A DNA stretch of 64,000 bases from IMG/VR virus record IMGVR_UViG_3300046804_002762, positions 31,681-95,680 of that record. One strand, written 5' to 3'. This document shows positions 27,458-41,300 of this stretch, piece after piece. The DNA comes from a virus. The notes under the pieces are model-generated. The model was given only the letters and a program-made list of their open reading frames with translations. It made no database searches and was not told where the DNA came from. Every line of letters starts with the position of its first letter. Position 1 is the first letter of the stretch. A program made the position numbers and the translations under genes.

Positions 27458-29383
27458 ATGCCATTAGTAAATTTTTCAAATCTGGATTTCGACCAGATTA
27501 AAACAACACTCAAAGATTATTTAAAAGCGAATTCCAATTTTACTGATTATGATTTTGAAGGGTCAAACCTTTCATCAATTCTTGATGTTTTGGCATATAA
27601 TACTTACATAACCTCATATAATGCAAATATGGTTGCAAATGAGGTTTTTATAGATAGTGCAACCCTTAGAGAAAATGTAGTTGCTCTTGCTAGAAATATT
27701 GGTTATATGCCAAGATCTAAAAAATCTGCAACAGCAACAATAAGTTTTTTTGTTGACACATCAAACATTTTCCCAAAATTGACATCCCTTACTTTAAAGA
27801 AAGGTATTGTAGCAACATCATCAGGATCTTCTGGTAATCAATCTTTTGTTTTTTCAATATTGGATGATATTACAGTTCCAGTTTTTGATGGAATTGCAAC
27901 ATTTGATAATATAAAAGTTTATGAGGGGATTCTTTTAACGAATAACTTTACATATTCTTCTAGAAATCCAAATCAAAGATATATTTTGCCAAATTCAGGC
28001 ATAGACACAGATTTAATATCAATAAGTGTTAAAAATAATGCACAATCATCAATAGTTCAGAAATATACCTTTCAAGATAGTCTTTTTGATCTTGATAAAG
28101 AGTCTAGAGTATATTTTTTACAAGAAATAGAAGATGAGAGATATGAAATTATTTTTGGCGATGGGATATTTGGGAAAAAACTTGATGAGGGAAACTATGT
28201 AATCATTAATTACATTACTTCTAATGGTAGTAGTGCAAATGGAGTTTCTCAGTTTACTTTTTCCGGAAAATTAACATATACTAGAAATTCTATAGAATAT
28301 ACTGTATCGACAGGAATTTCCTTAATAACCACTATTTTATCGGCATCTGGTGGAGAAAACATAGAATCAGTAGAATCCATAAAAAAGTATGCACCCAGAG
28401 TATATGCCTCTCAAAATAGAGCTGTCACTGCAAATGATTTTGAAACTCTAATTCCATCTAAAATTTATAAAGAAACTGAATCTATATCAGTTTTTGGTGG
28501 TGAAGATTTAGTGCCACCACAATATGGAAAAGTTTTTATAAGTATTAAACCTAGATTTGGTGATGTTATTCCAAATCTAATAAAAGATAATATTAAGTTA
28601 AAATTAAAAAAATACATAGTAGCAGGTATAGTTCCAGAAATACTAGATCTTAAGTACCTTTATCTTGAGATAAACTCTAAAGTTTATTATAATACGAACT
28701 TATCACCATCTTCAGAATATGTGTCGAGTATTGTTCAACAAAATGCATTAAAATATTCTGAGTCTACAGAGTTAAATCAATATGGAGCAAGATTTAAATA
28801 TAGTAAATTTTTAAAGATAATAGATGATAGCCACGAATCGGTTACTTCAAACATAACAACACTCCAAATGAGAAGAGATTTGAGAGTATCTTTAAATACT
28901 TATGCAGAGTATCAAATTGGATTTGGAAATGAATTCTATATAAAAAATATAAATGGTTATAATATCAAAACAACCGGATTTAAAATCGATGGATTGTCTC
29001 AAACTGTTTATGTTGGAGATATTCCTAATGCAGACAAACTTACAGGTTCTTTATTTTTATTCACTATAGATTCCATAAATTCATCTTCTCCTACAATTTT
29101 GAGAAGAAGTGTTGGAAAAATTGATTATGTGAACGGTATATTGACACTCAATCCCATTAATATTTTATCAGGAAAGATAAAAGATGGTCAAACCATCATT
29201 GAAATATCTGCTATTCCAAAATCAAATGATGTTATTGGAAAACAAGACCTTTATTTGCAACTAGATATTAATAACAGTACTTTTGATATGGTTGTTGATG
29301 ACATTTCATCAGGTCTAGATCCTTCAGCATCAAACTACATTGTATCATCAAGTTATAACAACGGAAATTTAGTAAGATCATAA
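27458..29383 (+). CDS. gp6: Baseplate wedge subunit gp6
   Basis: LDFDQIK...DYDFEGS...LDVLAYNT; QNRAVTAND. Confidence 0.93.
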   Translation: MPLVNFSNLDFDQIKTTLKDYLKANSNFTDYDFEGSNLSSILDVLAYNTYITSYNANMVANEVFIDSATLRENVVALARNIGYMPRSKKSATATISFFVDTSNIFPKLTSLTLKKGIVATSSGSSGNQSFVFSILDDITVPVFDGIATFDNIKVYEGILLTNNFTYSSRNPNQRYILPNSGIDTDLISISVKNNAQSSIVQKYTFQDSLFDLDKESRVYFLQEIEDERYEIIFGDGIFGKKLDEGNYVIINYITSNGSSANGVSQFTFSGKLTYTRNSIEYTVSTGISLITTILSASGGENIESVESIKKYAPRVYASQNRAVTANDFETLIPSKIYKETESISVFGGEDLVPPQYGKVFISIKPRFGDVIPNLIKDNIKLKLKKYIVAGIVPEILDLKYLYLEINSKVYYNTNLSPSSEYVSSIVQQNALKYSESTELNQYGARFKYSKFLKIIDDSHESVTSNITTLQMRRDLRVSLNTYAEYQIGFGNEFYIKNINGYNIKTTGFKIDGLSQTVYVGDIPNADKLTGSLFLFTIDSINSSSPTILRRSVGKIDYVNGILTLNPINILSGKIKDGQTIIEISAIPKSNDVIGKQDLYLQLDINNSTFDMVVDDISSGLDPSASNYIVSSSYNNGNLVRS

Positions 29384-29387
29384 CAAA

Positions 29388-32300
29388 ATGACAGAAAAAA
29401 GAATTCAAATTAAGGACATTGTAAATAATCAACTTCCACAATATGTGAAAGAAGATTATCCTCTTGTTGCAGAATTTCTTAAACAGTATTATTTGTCTCA
29501 GGAATTTCCGGGTGGACCTGTAGATTTAATACAGAACATTGATAGGTATATAAAGGTAGATAATACCACAGAACTAGTAGATTATGTTCTTCTACAATCC
29601 GATATTTCTATCATAGAAGAAAATATATCAGTAGACTTTTTAAATTTTGAGCAAAATCAAATCGATTTTCCAGATAATTATGGATTAATATCAATAGATG
29701 ATGAATTAATTTTATATGAAACTAAAACTTTAACTGGGTTTGAAAAATGCTATAGGGGATTTAGTGGCATAATATCCCATAAGAATGTAAATGTTGGAAT
29801 AGCCTCTACTTATAGTCTTCGCCCTTCCGATGAATTAATTTTCAAAAAATCGGAGGCATCTTCTCACAAATCCGGCACAAAAATTTATAATTTAAGTTCT
29901 TTATTTTTAAAAGAATTTTTACTCAAATTAAAATACCAATTAACACCTGGGTTTGAGAATAGAAGTTTTGTCGAAAAGGCTAATGAAGCGACTATTATTA
30001 AACAAATAAAAGATTTTTATAGAAGTAAAGGTACGGATCAATCGTTTAAAATTTTGTTTAGATCTCTATATGGTGAAGATGTAGAAGTAATACGTACAAA
30101 AGATTTTCTATTCAGACCATCGGATGCTCAGTATAAAATAACAAATGATTTTATTGTAGAAAAAATATCTGGTCCTATAGAAAAGATCACTAATTTAACA
30201 TTATTTCAAGATGAATATTTAAATATTCCAAAATCTTATGGTACTATAACTGAGCCTCTTGAGGAGATAGTTTCTGAAGATGGAAAAATATTTTATAAAT
30301 TAAAGATTGATGGTGGGTATAATAGAGACCTCATATATGATGGGTCTACCTATGGAAATTTTTCAGTGCATCCCAAAACTAGGGTTATTGGGAATTACAA
30401 TATACAATCTACTTCAATAGATGTAGATTCTACTGTAGGTTTTCCAAATAATGGAGAATTTTTAGTAACTTATGAGGATGGCACGCAGGGTGTAATTTTA
30501 TACAATTCCAAAAGTTTAACCCAGTTTATTGATTGTACTAATATTACAAAAAATATTTTAGATAATTCTATAATCTCGGTTAACACATATGCATATGCCA
30601 ATACCGACGATGGCGAAGAAATTAGAGTAAGAATTGTTTCCACTTTGAATAATCTAGATATTCCAGATGATAATACTTTGTTTAGTGAAGGAGACACTAT
30701 AAAAATAAAAACACTCGGGTTTGAAGATGGAGATTCGAGATTAAATTCATGGTTATTTAATTTGCCTATTACTTATGATGTAGAGTCTTATAGTATATTT
30801 GATAATTTTGATAACACTTATTCATTAACTTTAAAGGATAATCACACTTTAAAGGTTGGAGATACATTACAAATCATTGATAACTTAGGTAATACCAAAC
30901 AATCCACTATAATTGATGTAACTTCGGATAAAACTATTCTTATTGTGGGGCAAGGATTTTTGCCAGAAAGTTTGTATAAAATAAAGAGGAATATTTTAAA
31001 AGGAAAATCATCAAAATATTCATATATTGGAGAAATATCAACCAATATTCAAAACATTTACACAAATAAAAACAATGATATATTAATTGCTTCTCCTTCT
31101 ATTCCATATTATCCAAACTGTGATTTGAATTTAAACAATAGATCTGTTTCTTTTTCCGGATCTTACAAATCTGGATCTACGATCTTTAAATTAACTTCTT
31201 CCACTGATCATGGATTTTATACGGGAGACAGTGTTTATTACACTCCAGAAAAGGAAACAATACAAACTAATGATATTGATGGAAATACAAATTCTTTTGA
31301 GATAATAGCATCCTCTTTGTTTGATGAAGGAATTTATTTTGTTAAAAGAATAGATAAAAATAATATTAAACTGGCAAAAAGTAAGTCTGATATCTTATAT
31401 GAGAAATATGTATCACCTGAGGATGATGTCGTAATCAATGATAATAAAATAGAGTTTATAGAATTTAGTGGGAAAGAGATTAGATCTCAAAAATTATTAA
31501 GAGAAATTTCTAACCCAATTATATCAGAAAAAAAAGAAACAACCATTCCCGGATTTACAGGAATTTTAATTAATGGTACAGAAATTTTAAATTATAAATC
31601 AAAAGATAAAATTATTTTTGGACCTATAGAAAAAATTGATGTAGTTTCTGGAGGATCTGATTATGATGTAATAAATCCACCAAAATTAATAATCTCAGAC
31701 TCTGTAGGAAGCGGAGCTACTGGACATTGCTCAGTTTCGGGATCTTTAAAAGAAATTCGCATATTGGATCCAGGTTTTGATTATTTGGAAGACCCTATTG
31801 TGCAAATTACAGGAGGAAATGGAATTGGTGCGGTAGCCAAATGTAATACTAAATTAATTACACATAAATCAACATTTAATGCAGAAAAAGGATCTGGTTT
31901 GGTTGGAATTGGTAGTTCTATTTCTACTGTAGGATTTTCTACTTACCATAAATTTAGAAATGGGGAAGAAGTAATATACAAAACTAACTCCCATAAGGCA
32001 GTTGGAGGATTATCAACAGATTCTAAGTATTATATTTCCACAGTTTCGACAACAAAAATAAAATTACATAGGACATTAGGAGATGCTATTTCTGGAATAA
32101 ACACGATAACACTGAGTGATTATGGTATAGGAAATCATGATTTTGAATGTGTAAATAAAAAAAGAATTTTATCTTCTATAAGTGTAGAAAATTCTGGAAG
32201 TGGATATCAAAATAAAAAAAGAACTACTTCATATTCGGGCATTGACATTTCTTCAGATACAATAACAATAGAAAATCACGGGTTTCTTTCTGGAGAAATA

Positions 32301-35300
32301 ATAAAATATACTACCACAGGAACGGTTATTGGGGGATTAGTAAAAGATAGAAATTATTATGTATTAAGAATAGACGATAATCAATTTAGACTTTGTGAGA
32401 TAGGAACTGGTAATTATGTACCAGATTATTTCTATAAGACTAGTCAATTTATAAATTTGACCTCAAGAAATTCAGGTGTCCACGTATTCAACTATCCAAA
32501 CATCGAAGTTAACATAATTGGATCTGTCGGAATATCTTCAAACTACAAAGCAAGAATTGATCCTATTTTCAGAGGAGAAATTACATCATTCCATTTAGAA
32601 TTAAAAGGTTCTTCATATGGAATTGAAGAAGTCTTTAATATAGAAAGACAACCATCAGTTAATATTTTATCAGGATCTGGTTCCGAATTTGATTTGATAG
32701 TCTCAAATGGACGTATACAAAAAGTTCTTATTAATTCTGTAGGGCAAAACTATACATGTTCTCCAGATTTAATTGTAGTTGGAGATGGAGTTGGTGCAGT
32801 ATTATCTCCAGTAGTTTTAAATAATCAAATTATTGATGTTGAAGTTATTGAACCTGGTGCTGGATATTCTGCAGATAACACAAGAATAATTGCTTCTCAT
32901 CCAGGAAGTGGTGCTAAGTTTAATTGCAAAATTAAAACTTGGACTGTAAATTTATTTACAAAATATCTAAACATATTTGCGGAAGATGATGGTTGTTTAA
33001 GTCCGGGTCTAAATTCAGAGTATGAACTTGAATATTGTCATTTATACGCTCCAAGAAAATTAAGACAAATTTTATATTCCAAGGATCAATCTGGAAAAAT
33101 TTTATTTTCAAATCCAGATTTAAAATTTTCTAGAAACAGAGAAATAAAATCAAAAGATCATTCCCCAATTATTGGATGGTCTTACGATGGACATCCAATT
33201 TATGGACCATATGGTTATTCTAAAAAATCTGGTGGAATTGTTTCTCAAATGAAGAGTGGATATAAATTAAGTTTAAATCAAAATAGACCATCTAGAAATT
33301 ATTTTCCACCTGGGTTTTTCATTGAAGATTTTGTATATCAAAAATCAAATGATGAATCAGTATTAGATGAAAACAACGGAAGATTTTGCATAACTCCCGA
33401 GTTTCCAAATGGCACTTATGCTTATTTTTCAACATTCGAGGAATTGTCTGTAGATTCGTCAGGTCCATTTAAGGGTTATTATAGACCAAAATTTCCATAT
33501 TTAATAGGCAATTCATATAATTCCAAACCAAACGATTTTAATTTCAAGAAAAAATCCAATCAAGATTCTATAGATCTGAATCGGACTGATTGGGTTAGAA
33601 ATACTTACGCTTATAACATAACAAAAACTAATTCAAGATACGAATATATAACTTTACCCAATAATTTAAATCAATCCATAGATGTTATTGGAGTCTCTCC
33701 TGGTTCAATTGATAGCATCGGAATATCCACTGGTGGGGATGGTTATAAAGTAAATGATAATCTAGTATTTAATAATATCGATTCTGAAGGAAAATCAAGA
33801 ACTTTTGGAAGTTTAGTGTCTGCAGTTGTTTCGGAATTGGCAGGTAAATCCATTTCTACTATAAGTGTCGCTAGCACTTCTTTATACAATGTTTCTATAT
33901 ACCCATCAAATAAAAAGGGAGAATATATTTTATACAATAACTCTCCCCATACTATTTCAAATAACGATCTATTTACAATATCTGGATTAAATACAACTTC
34001 AAATATAATTGGAGGTAATTATATAGCGGGAGTTACAACAAATAGATTAGTTTTAGTTGGTCTCGGAACTACCACAGTAGGAATTGCTTCTGCAAATATA
34101 ACAGGAATAGTTACTTATATATCGGTTAGAGGGAATTTGGATTTTCCAAATATTAGAGAAAATGATATTTTTAGTATTGACGAAGAAAAAATAAAAGTTT
34201 TAAATGTTGATAAAAAATCATCAAGACTGCGAATCCTAAGACAAATAGACAATACTCCAGGATTGTCTCATAGTGTTACTACAATCATATATGAAAATTC
34301 AAGAAAGTTGTTTGTGAAGGTCCCTAAAGAAAATGATATAACAAATTATAATTCATATTTAAAAAATAAACAGATTTATTTTAATCCCCAAGAATCTTTG
34401 GGCATAGGAACTGTTGGAATAGGAACAACAATTTATTTTTCTAATCCAGGTGTTGGTGCAACGCAAGTATTCATACCTCTTAGGACAATATATTTGCCAG
34501 ATCATGGATTAAATACTGGAGATTTACTCACTTATAATGTTAATAGTGGAAATTCTATTATTATTTCTTCTACTGGGATAGGAACTGCAACTTTATCTGA
34601 TAACTCATCGGTGTATGTTGCAAGAATAAATGAGAATTTGATTGGTATTTCTACAGTACAAGTTGGACTGGGAAGTACGGGATTTTTCTCGGGTATAACG
34701 ACTTCTACAAAAAATATTGGATTGTTATTTTTTGCAGGAATAGGTACGGGAACTTATCATAGTTTTAAAACAAACTATCCAGAAGTTAACTGCGATATAT
34801 CACAATATGTTGCTACAGTTTCTACTGCACAGACCCATGGATTGACAACTGATGATGTGGTTGATGTAGTAGTAAGTTCGTCCGCTACAACTATTACTAT
34901 AAAATATAATGACTTTAATAGAAGAATTATAGTAAATCCAAGAGATTTTGTTGGATCGGATATAAGCACATCAAATAATACAATCACTATTCAAAATCAT
35001 GGGTATATTAATGGGCAAAGAGTAATTCATACTTCAAGTTCTCCATCAGGGGGATTAGTTGACAATAAAATGTATTATATTGTTTCGATTAATAAAGATA
35101 TTATTAAACTTTCTAATTCATATTATGATTCTACTATTGAAAGACCAAACACTATTAATATTACAAGTGCTTCGAATGGTACTATATCACCAATAAATCC
35201 ACCAATAGATCTCTATAGAAATTCTATAGTAACATTTGATTTATCCGATTCTTCACTTTCATATACCAACAATTCTAAAACATATTCGGCTTTTAAGTTT

Positions 35301-38300
35301 GAATTATATTCTGACAATCAATTCGAAAAAGTTTTTGATTCTGACCAACAAGATAATAATTTTAATGTCCAAAGAGCAGGAGCAGTTGGAACTTCTGGTG
35401 CTACATTAACTCTAAAAATTGACGAATCTTTAGCAAGTACTTTGTACTATAATTTACTTCCATTAGATTATACTGGTCTTTTCTTACCAGACCAAAAGAA
35501 AGAAATTATAAAGGATGATACTGTTAATTCGCGTAATCAACTTAGAATAAAAAATAGCATTTATAATGGCACATATAAAATAAGAGTTTCCGAACCAAAT
35601 TCTTTCCAATATTTTCTATCAAGTGATCCAGAAGTTAAATCATATACCTCAGGAATTTCAACTACATCCACTTTATCATCATATTTAAAATATACTACAA
35701 AATCTTTAACAGCAACAGGTCCAATTTCTGATATAAAAATTACAAATAAAGGGACAAATTATTATTCTTTACCTGCAATAACTTCAGTAAGTTCTTTAAA
35801 TGGTAACGGATGTATATTGGATGCAAGAAGCAATACGATAGGTAAAATCAAAAAGATAAAAATAGTAAACGGCGGATTTGATTTTACATCAGACAAAACT
35901 TTAAAACCTTACGCATCATTCCCCAAAAATATAAAAATTGACAATTTATTTTCTATTAGTAATATCGGAATATCTTCTCAGGGAAGAGGATACACAACTG
36001 CACCAAAACTTGTAGTTTTAGATGGAAAAACCAAAAAAGTAGTACCGTCAGATTTAAGTTATAACCTTGGGGATAATCAAGTAACGATTAAAATAAATGC
36101 TAATGGTTTGACAGATTCTATTCCAACAATAATCCCAACACAAAACTCAAATGGAATAGGAATAACTGACATCATATATAACCCATCTACTAAAGAAGCA
36201 AAAGTTTACTTACCATTTTCTTTTAGTGATATTGGTGACTTTGATGCCAACACATATCCAATTAGAGTTAATGATAGGGTTTTAATAGAAAACATTAGTG
36301 TAGGTGTTAATTCCACTTATAGAGGATTTAATTCTTCAAATTATGATTATTCTCTGTTTACAATAACAAGTATAGATTTGAATATAGGTGGAGTTAGTGC
36401 AGTAACTTATAGTTTAGATGGTTATCTTTCAGAATCAGAGTTTCCTGGAAAATATGATCCAGTAAATTCATCCGGAAGAATAATTGCTGAAAGAAATTTT
36501 CCAATATTTAATCCATCAATTAAACAAAATCAATATAAAAAAGGCGAAACTGTAAAGTCCAATAACTCTTTTGGAATTGTTGAAAACTGGGATCCAATCA
36601 CCAGATATTTAAAAATATCATCGAAGGATAATTTTAAAAATAATAGTATTGTAGAAGGTTTGTCTTCAAAGACAATAGGAACGGCATCATCAATAACCGA
36701 TTTAAATTCTCATGCCAAAACTGATTTTTCAATTAAAGTTGAGGGTGGATGGCAATCTAATGCAGGATTTTTGAATGATAATATACAGAGAATTCAAGAT
36801 AGTCTATATTATCAAAATTTTTCATATTCATTAAAATCAAAAATCGATTATGATACTTGGAGTGATGCAGTTAGTGCTTTAAATCACTCTGTTGGATTTA
36901 GAAAATACTCGGATTTCCAAATGGAATCTAAACTAGATAATGATTTTAGTAATTTGTTTGTAGGTCTTTCTACAGATACAACTGCCACTAATGTAAAAGT
37001 AGAACTGACAAGTTATGGTGATTTAAATTGCGTAACTGATTTTGATTTAGGAAAAGAAAATTATTTGAATATAAACTCAAAAGTTGTGAGCGATAAAATA
37101 TATTTTGATAATAAACCACTTACTGATTATTATGAGGCAAGAGGAAATAGAGTCTTACTAATAGATGATGTTAGCTCACAATTTAATAGTGGAGAAAGAC
37201 CTGAAAAATATTCAGACATTTATAAATTTAATATTAATACAAGTAGATCTTTAAAGTTTCTTTCTTACATTAGAGATAAAAAATTTACCGGTCAAAGACA
37301 GGTAATGTTGACATCTCTCATTCATAATGGATCATATGGAAGCATTAATCAATATGGAAGAATTGAAACTGCATATGATTTGGGTTCTTTTGATTTTATA
37401 ATCGACCAACCATATGGGGTTGTTCGTTTTTATCCAACAAGATATTCTATTAATAATTATGACGTTGCTTTATTATCATATAATTTAGATGATGCTTTTA
37501 TTGGAGTTGGTACAACATCTATTGGATCTATTGCCAGCGTATATACAAATAATATAGTCTCATCTGCCTCCACAATAAATGTTGTTAGTTTGGCAACTAC
37601 ATATACTTCATCTAAAATTTTGGTACAAATATTCAGAGATAATTTAAATTATCAATTTAATGAACTAAATGTAGTTCATGATGGAACAAATATTGATTTT
37701 ATAGAATATGGAGAGTTATCAACAAAAACAAGATCCACTTATTCATCTACTGGATATGGTACATATTATCCTTATATTTCTGGGGGAACTTTAAAAATAG
37801 ACTTTATACCAAATGTTTCTATTGGCAATTCTTTCTATATAAATACCGCGAATGTTGCTCTTGGTGATACTAATTCTTCAGGAATAGGAACAATTGAATT
37901 GGAATATGGTGAGATAAGGGTAAATAGTGTTTCAATACCAAGCTCACCAACACCATCTTCATCAACAATCTTAAGTTTTACTGGAGAGCACGATTGTGCA
38001 TATTGCTTGGTTCAAGTCTCAGATATAACAAACAACCGTCATACATTTTCGGAAGTTATTCTGATAGTTGATGATTTAACTTCTGAACCTTTAATAACAG
38101 AATATGGAAATGTTCAAACTTTTGCCGGTCTCGGTACTATTGGAGCATCAGTAACTGGAATTGGATCAACAACACAACTTTTATTTACCCCCCTACCAAA
38201 TATTGAAACGCAAGTAAAAGTATATGCAAATTTACTTGGACTTGAAGGTAATAATACGTCTTCATATAGTTTAAGTAACTTGGATATAAATTCTCAATAT

Positions 38301-41300
38301 GGTTCTTATGCGGGGACTGAAGTTGACCAAGTAAGAACATTTAATTTAACTCATAAAGGTTATCCCATTTTTGAGAGATATTTTTCAGCGAACGATTCTT
38401 CGATTGTAGATTTGTCTAGAAATACTATAAAAATTCCATCCCATTTTTATTCGACAGGAGAAAAAGTAGTATATGAAACTAATTTTGGAGAACCTATTGG
38501 AATAGCAACAACAACTATTGCTGGAATAGGTTCTACCGACAAACTCCCAAATACTCTGTATATTGTAAATTTAAATAATAATAAAGTTAGAGTTGCCGCA
38601 TCTGCCTCTGAAGCATTGAGACCTATTCCAAAAGTATTGGATTTTACTTCTTTTGGTATTGGAACTCAGCATAAATTCCTATCTCAGAACAAAAATTCTA
38701 GAGTAGTAGTTGCCATTGATAATATTGTTCAGTCCCCGATAGTATCAACTGGATTAACTGCATCACTGACATCTCCAATATTTTTAACTGATGAGAGCAT
38801 CATATTAAACGATTCAACATCTTTTTATGGTGGAGATTTGATAAAAATTAATGAAGAAGTTATGCGGATTACATCTATTCAAAAAGGTAATGTAGTTACT
38901 GTTAGAAGATCTTGGATGGGAACAGATATTGATACTCATCCCATATCTTCTTTAGTTAACAAAGTAGTAGGATCTTACAATATTGTTGACAATAATATTA
39001 GTTTTGCTGCGGCACCATATGGCAATGTTCCACAAACATATTCAACAAGTCCTCCAGATGAACAAGACTGGGTTGGAATATCAACAGGTTCCAGTTTTTC
39101 TGGTAGATGTTTTATGAGATCTGGAATACAGGGTTCCTCAGATGACACTTATTCTAAGAATTATATTTTTGATGACATAGCGACTGGATTTAATGGAACG
39201 AATTCCACATTTACACTAAAATCTTCCCTATCAAATATCACAGGAATTTCTGAAGAGGGAGCCTTAATATTGATTAATGATATAGTTCAGTCAAGAGGTT
39301 TATCTGGAGATTTAGAAAATGCAAGAAAAGGTATAAATTTCACTCTTTCAGAGTCTAGTGGAATAACGTCTGTTACTTTTATAGGATCAACATCTTCTGT
39401 TTCTTATGATATAAATTCGTCAGGGTTACCAAAGGGTGGTATTATAGTTTCTGTAGGATCTACGGAAGGTCTTGGATATCAACCTTTAGTTTCTGCTGGT
39501 GGAACTGCAATTGTTTCTTTGGCAGGGACAGTCCAATCAATTTCAATAGGAAATACTGGTTCTGGATATAGAGCAAGTTCTTATTATGACATTCCTACAA
39601 GTATTTCGTCAATAGTTGGAGTAGGTTCAACCACAATCTTCATCAAGAATGAAAATAGTGTTTTTGGATTGCTAAACTTACTTAATACTGGTTCAAATTG
39701 TTCTATTGGAGTTGGTACATTTATTTTATCAACAAATATAGTTTCTGTCGGATCATCTTTTGTGAGGATTGGTATTGGAAGTATAAGTTCCAAACAAATA
39801 CCGATTGGAACTCCAGTAAATATTAAAGTCTTAAATCCCCAAGTCGGAATAGTAAACGTTGGCATTTCTAGCACTTCTTCAGAAAATTCTACAATAACTA
39901 ATGTTGGATTTACTACTATCATAAAAGGAAAAATTTCAGAATCTGTTACAATAACAAAAGTTGTCACTGGATATACATCAACAAACCCACCACAAGTTAT
40001 AATTTATGATCCTCTATCATACTCAGATATTCCACTAGTTTACAGTTCCTCTTCTATTTCTGGAGTCGGAACAGCATCTTCAATTGATATAGTAGTTGGG
40101 CAAGGATCCAGTGTTATTGATTTTGAAATAAAAAATACTGGATACAATTATAGATCAGGTCAAATATTAACTATACCTACAGGAGGACTAACTGGTATTC
40201 CAACAACATCCTCATTCAAAGAGTTTCAGATATCAATACAAGAAGTTTTTGATGACACCTTTACAGGATGGGCTTTTGGAGAACTACAAATATTAGATGA
40301 CATTTCAGATTTGTTTGATGGAGAAAGAGTTGCATTTCCACTCAAATATTTTGGAGAATTGATTTCAATTAGATCTGCAAGAGGTTCTAATATTAATCCC
40401 CAGGAATTGTTATTAGTCTTTGTAAATGATGTTCTACAGGAACCTGGAAAAGGTTACATTTTTAATGGTGGCAGTAACATCTTCTTTACGGAACCACCAA
40501 AACCACCTGTTTTAGAAATTCCAAATACAGGAGATTCTTGCAAAATACTATTTTATAAAGGAACCGCTTCTGTTGATGTTGTTTATAAAAACATAACAGA
40601 AACCGTCAAACCTGGAGATGGATTAACATTGGGATTTGATTCCTCACTAAATCAATCTTATGGTCTTCAAGAAGACGAAAGAGTAGTTGATGCAATTTTA
40701 GCATCAGATTTAGTATCAACAAATCCATATTATGGGCCAGGAAATACCAAAGATGAAACATTGACTAGACCAATTACTTGGTGCAGGCAAACTGAAGATA
40801 AGATTATTAACGAGCAAGAAGTTTCAAAAGATAGAATGTTATACGAACCAGTTATTAATCCATCAGCATATCTTATAAAATCTGTTGGAATAGGTTCTAC
40901 TACAGTTTTCGTCGATAATTTAAGACCTATTTTTAATCAGGTTAACGAGAATAAATCCCCAATTCCCGCATTCCAAGATGAATTTTTAAGTTTCCAAAAA
41001 CAAATAACATTTATTCCCCAAGAAACCAAGACAAATGCATTTGCGACTGCAGTTGTTTCTGTAGCAGGTACAATAAGTTCTATAGCAATTTCTACAGGGG
41101 GATTTGGATATGTTTCAGTTCCAGATGTTGTCATCCAAAATCCAATTGGATTTGGAGATACGTGTAGAGCAGAAGCAATTGCAACAGTTTCTTCGGGAAT
41201 TGTCACCTCAATAACAGTAACAAGTCCTGGAATAGAATATTCCCAGGATAATCCACCTATTGTTTTAATTTCTCCACCATCATTTGAATCTGAAACCAAT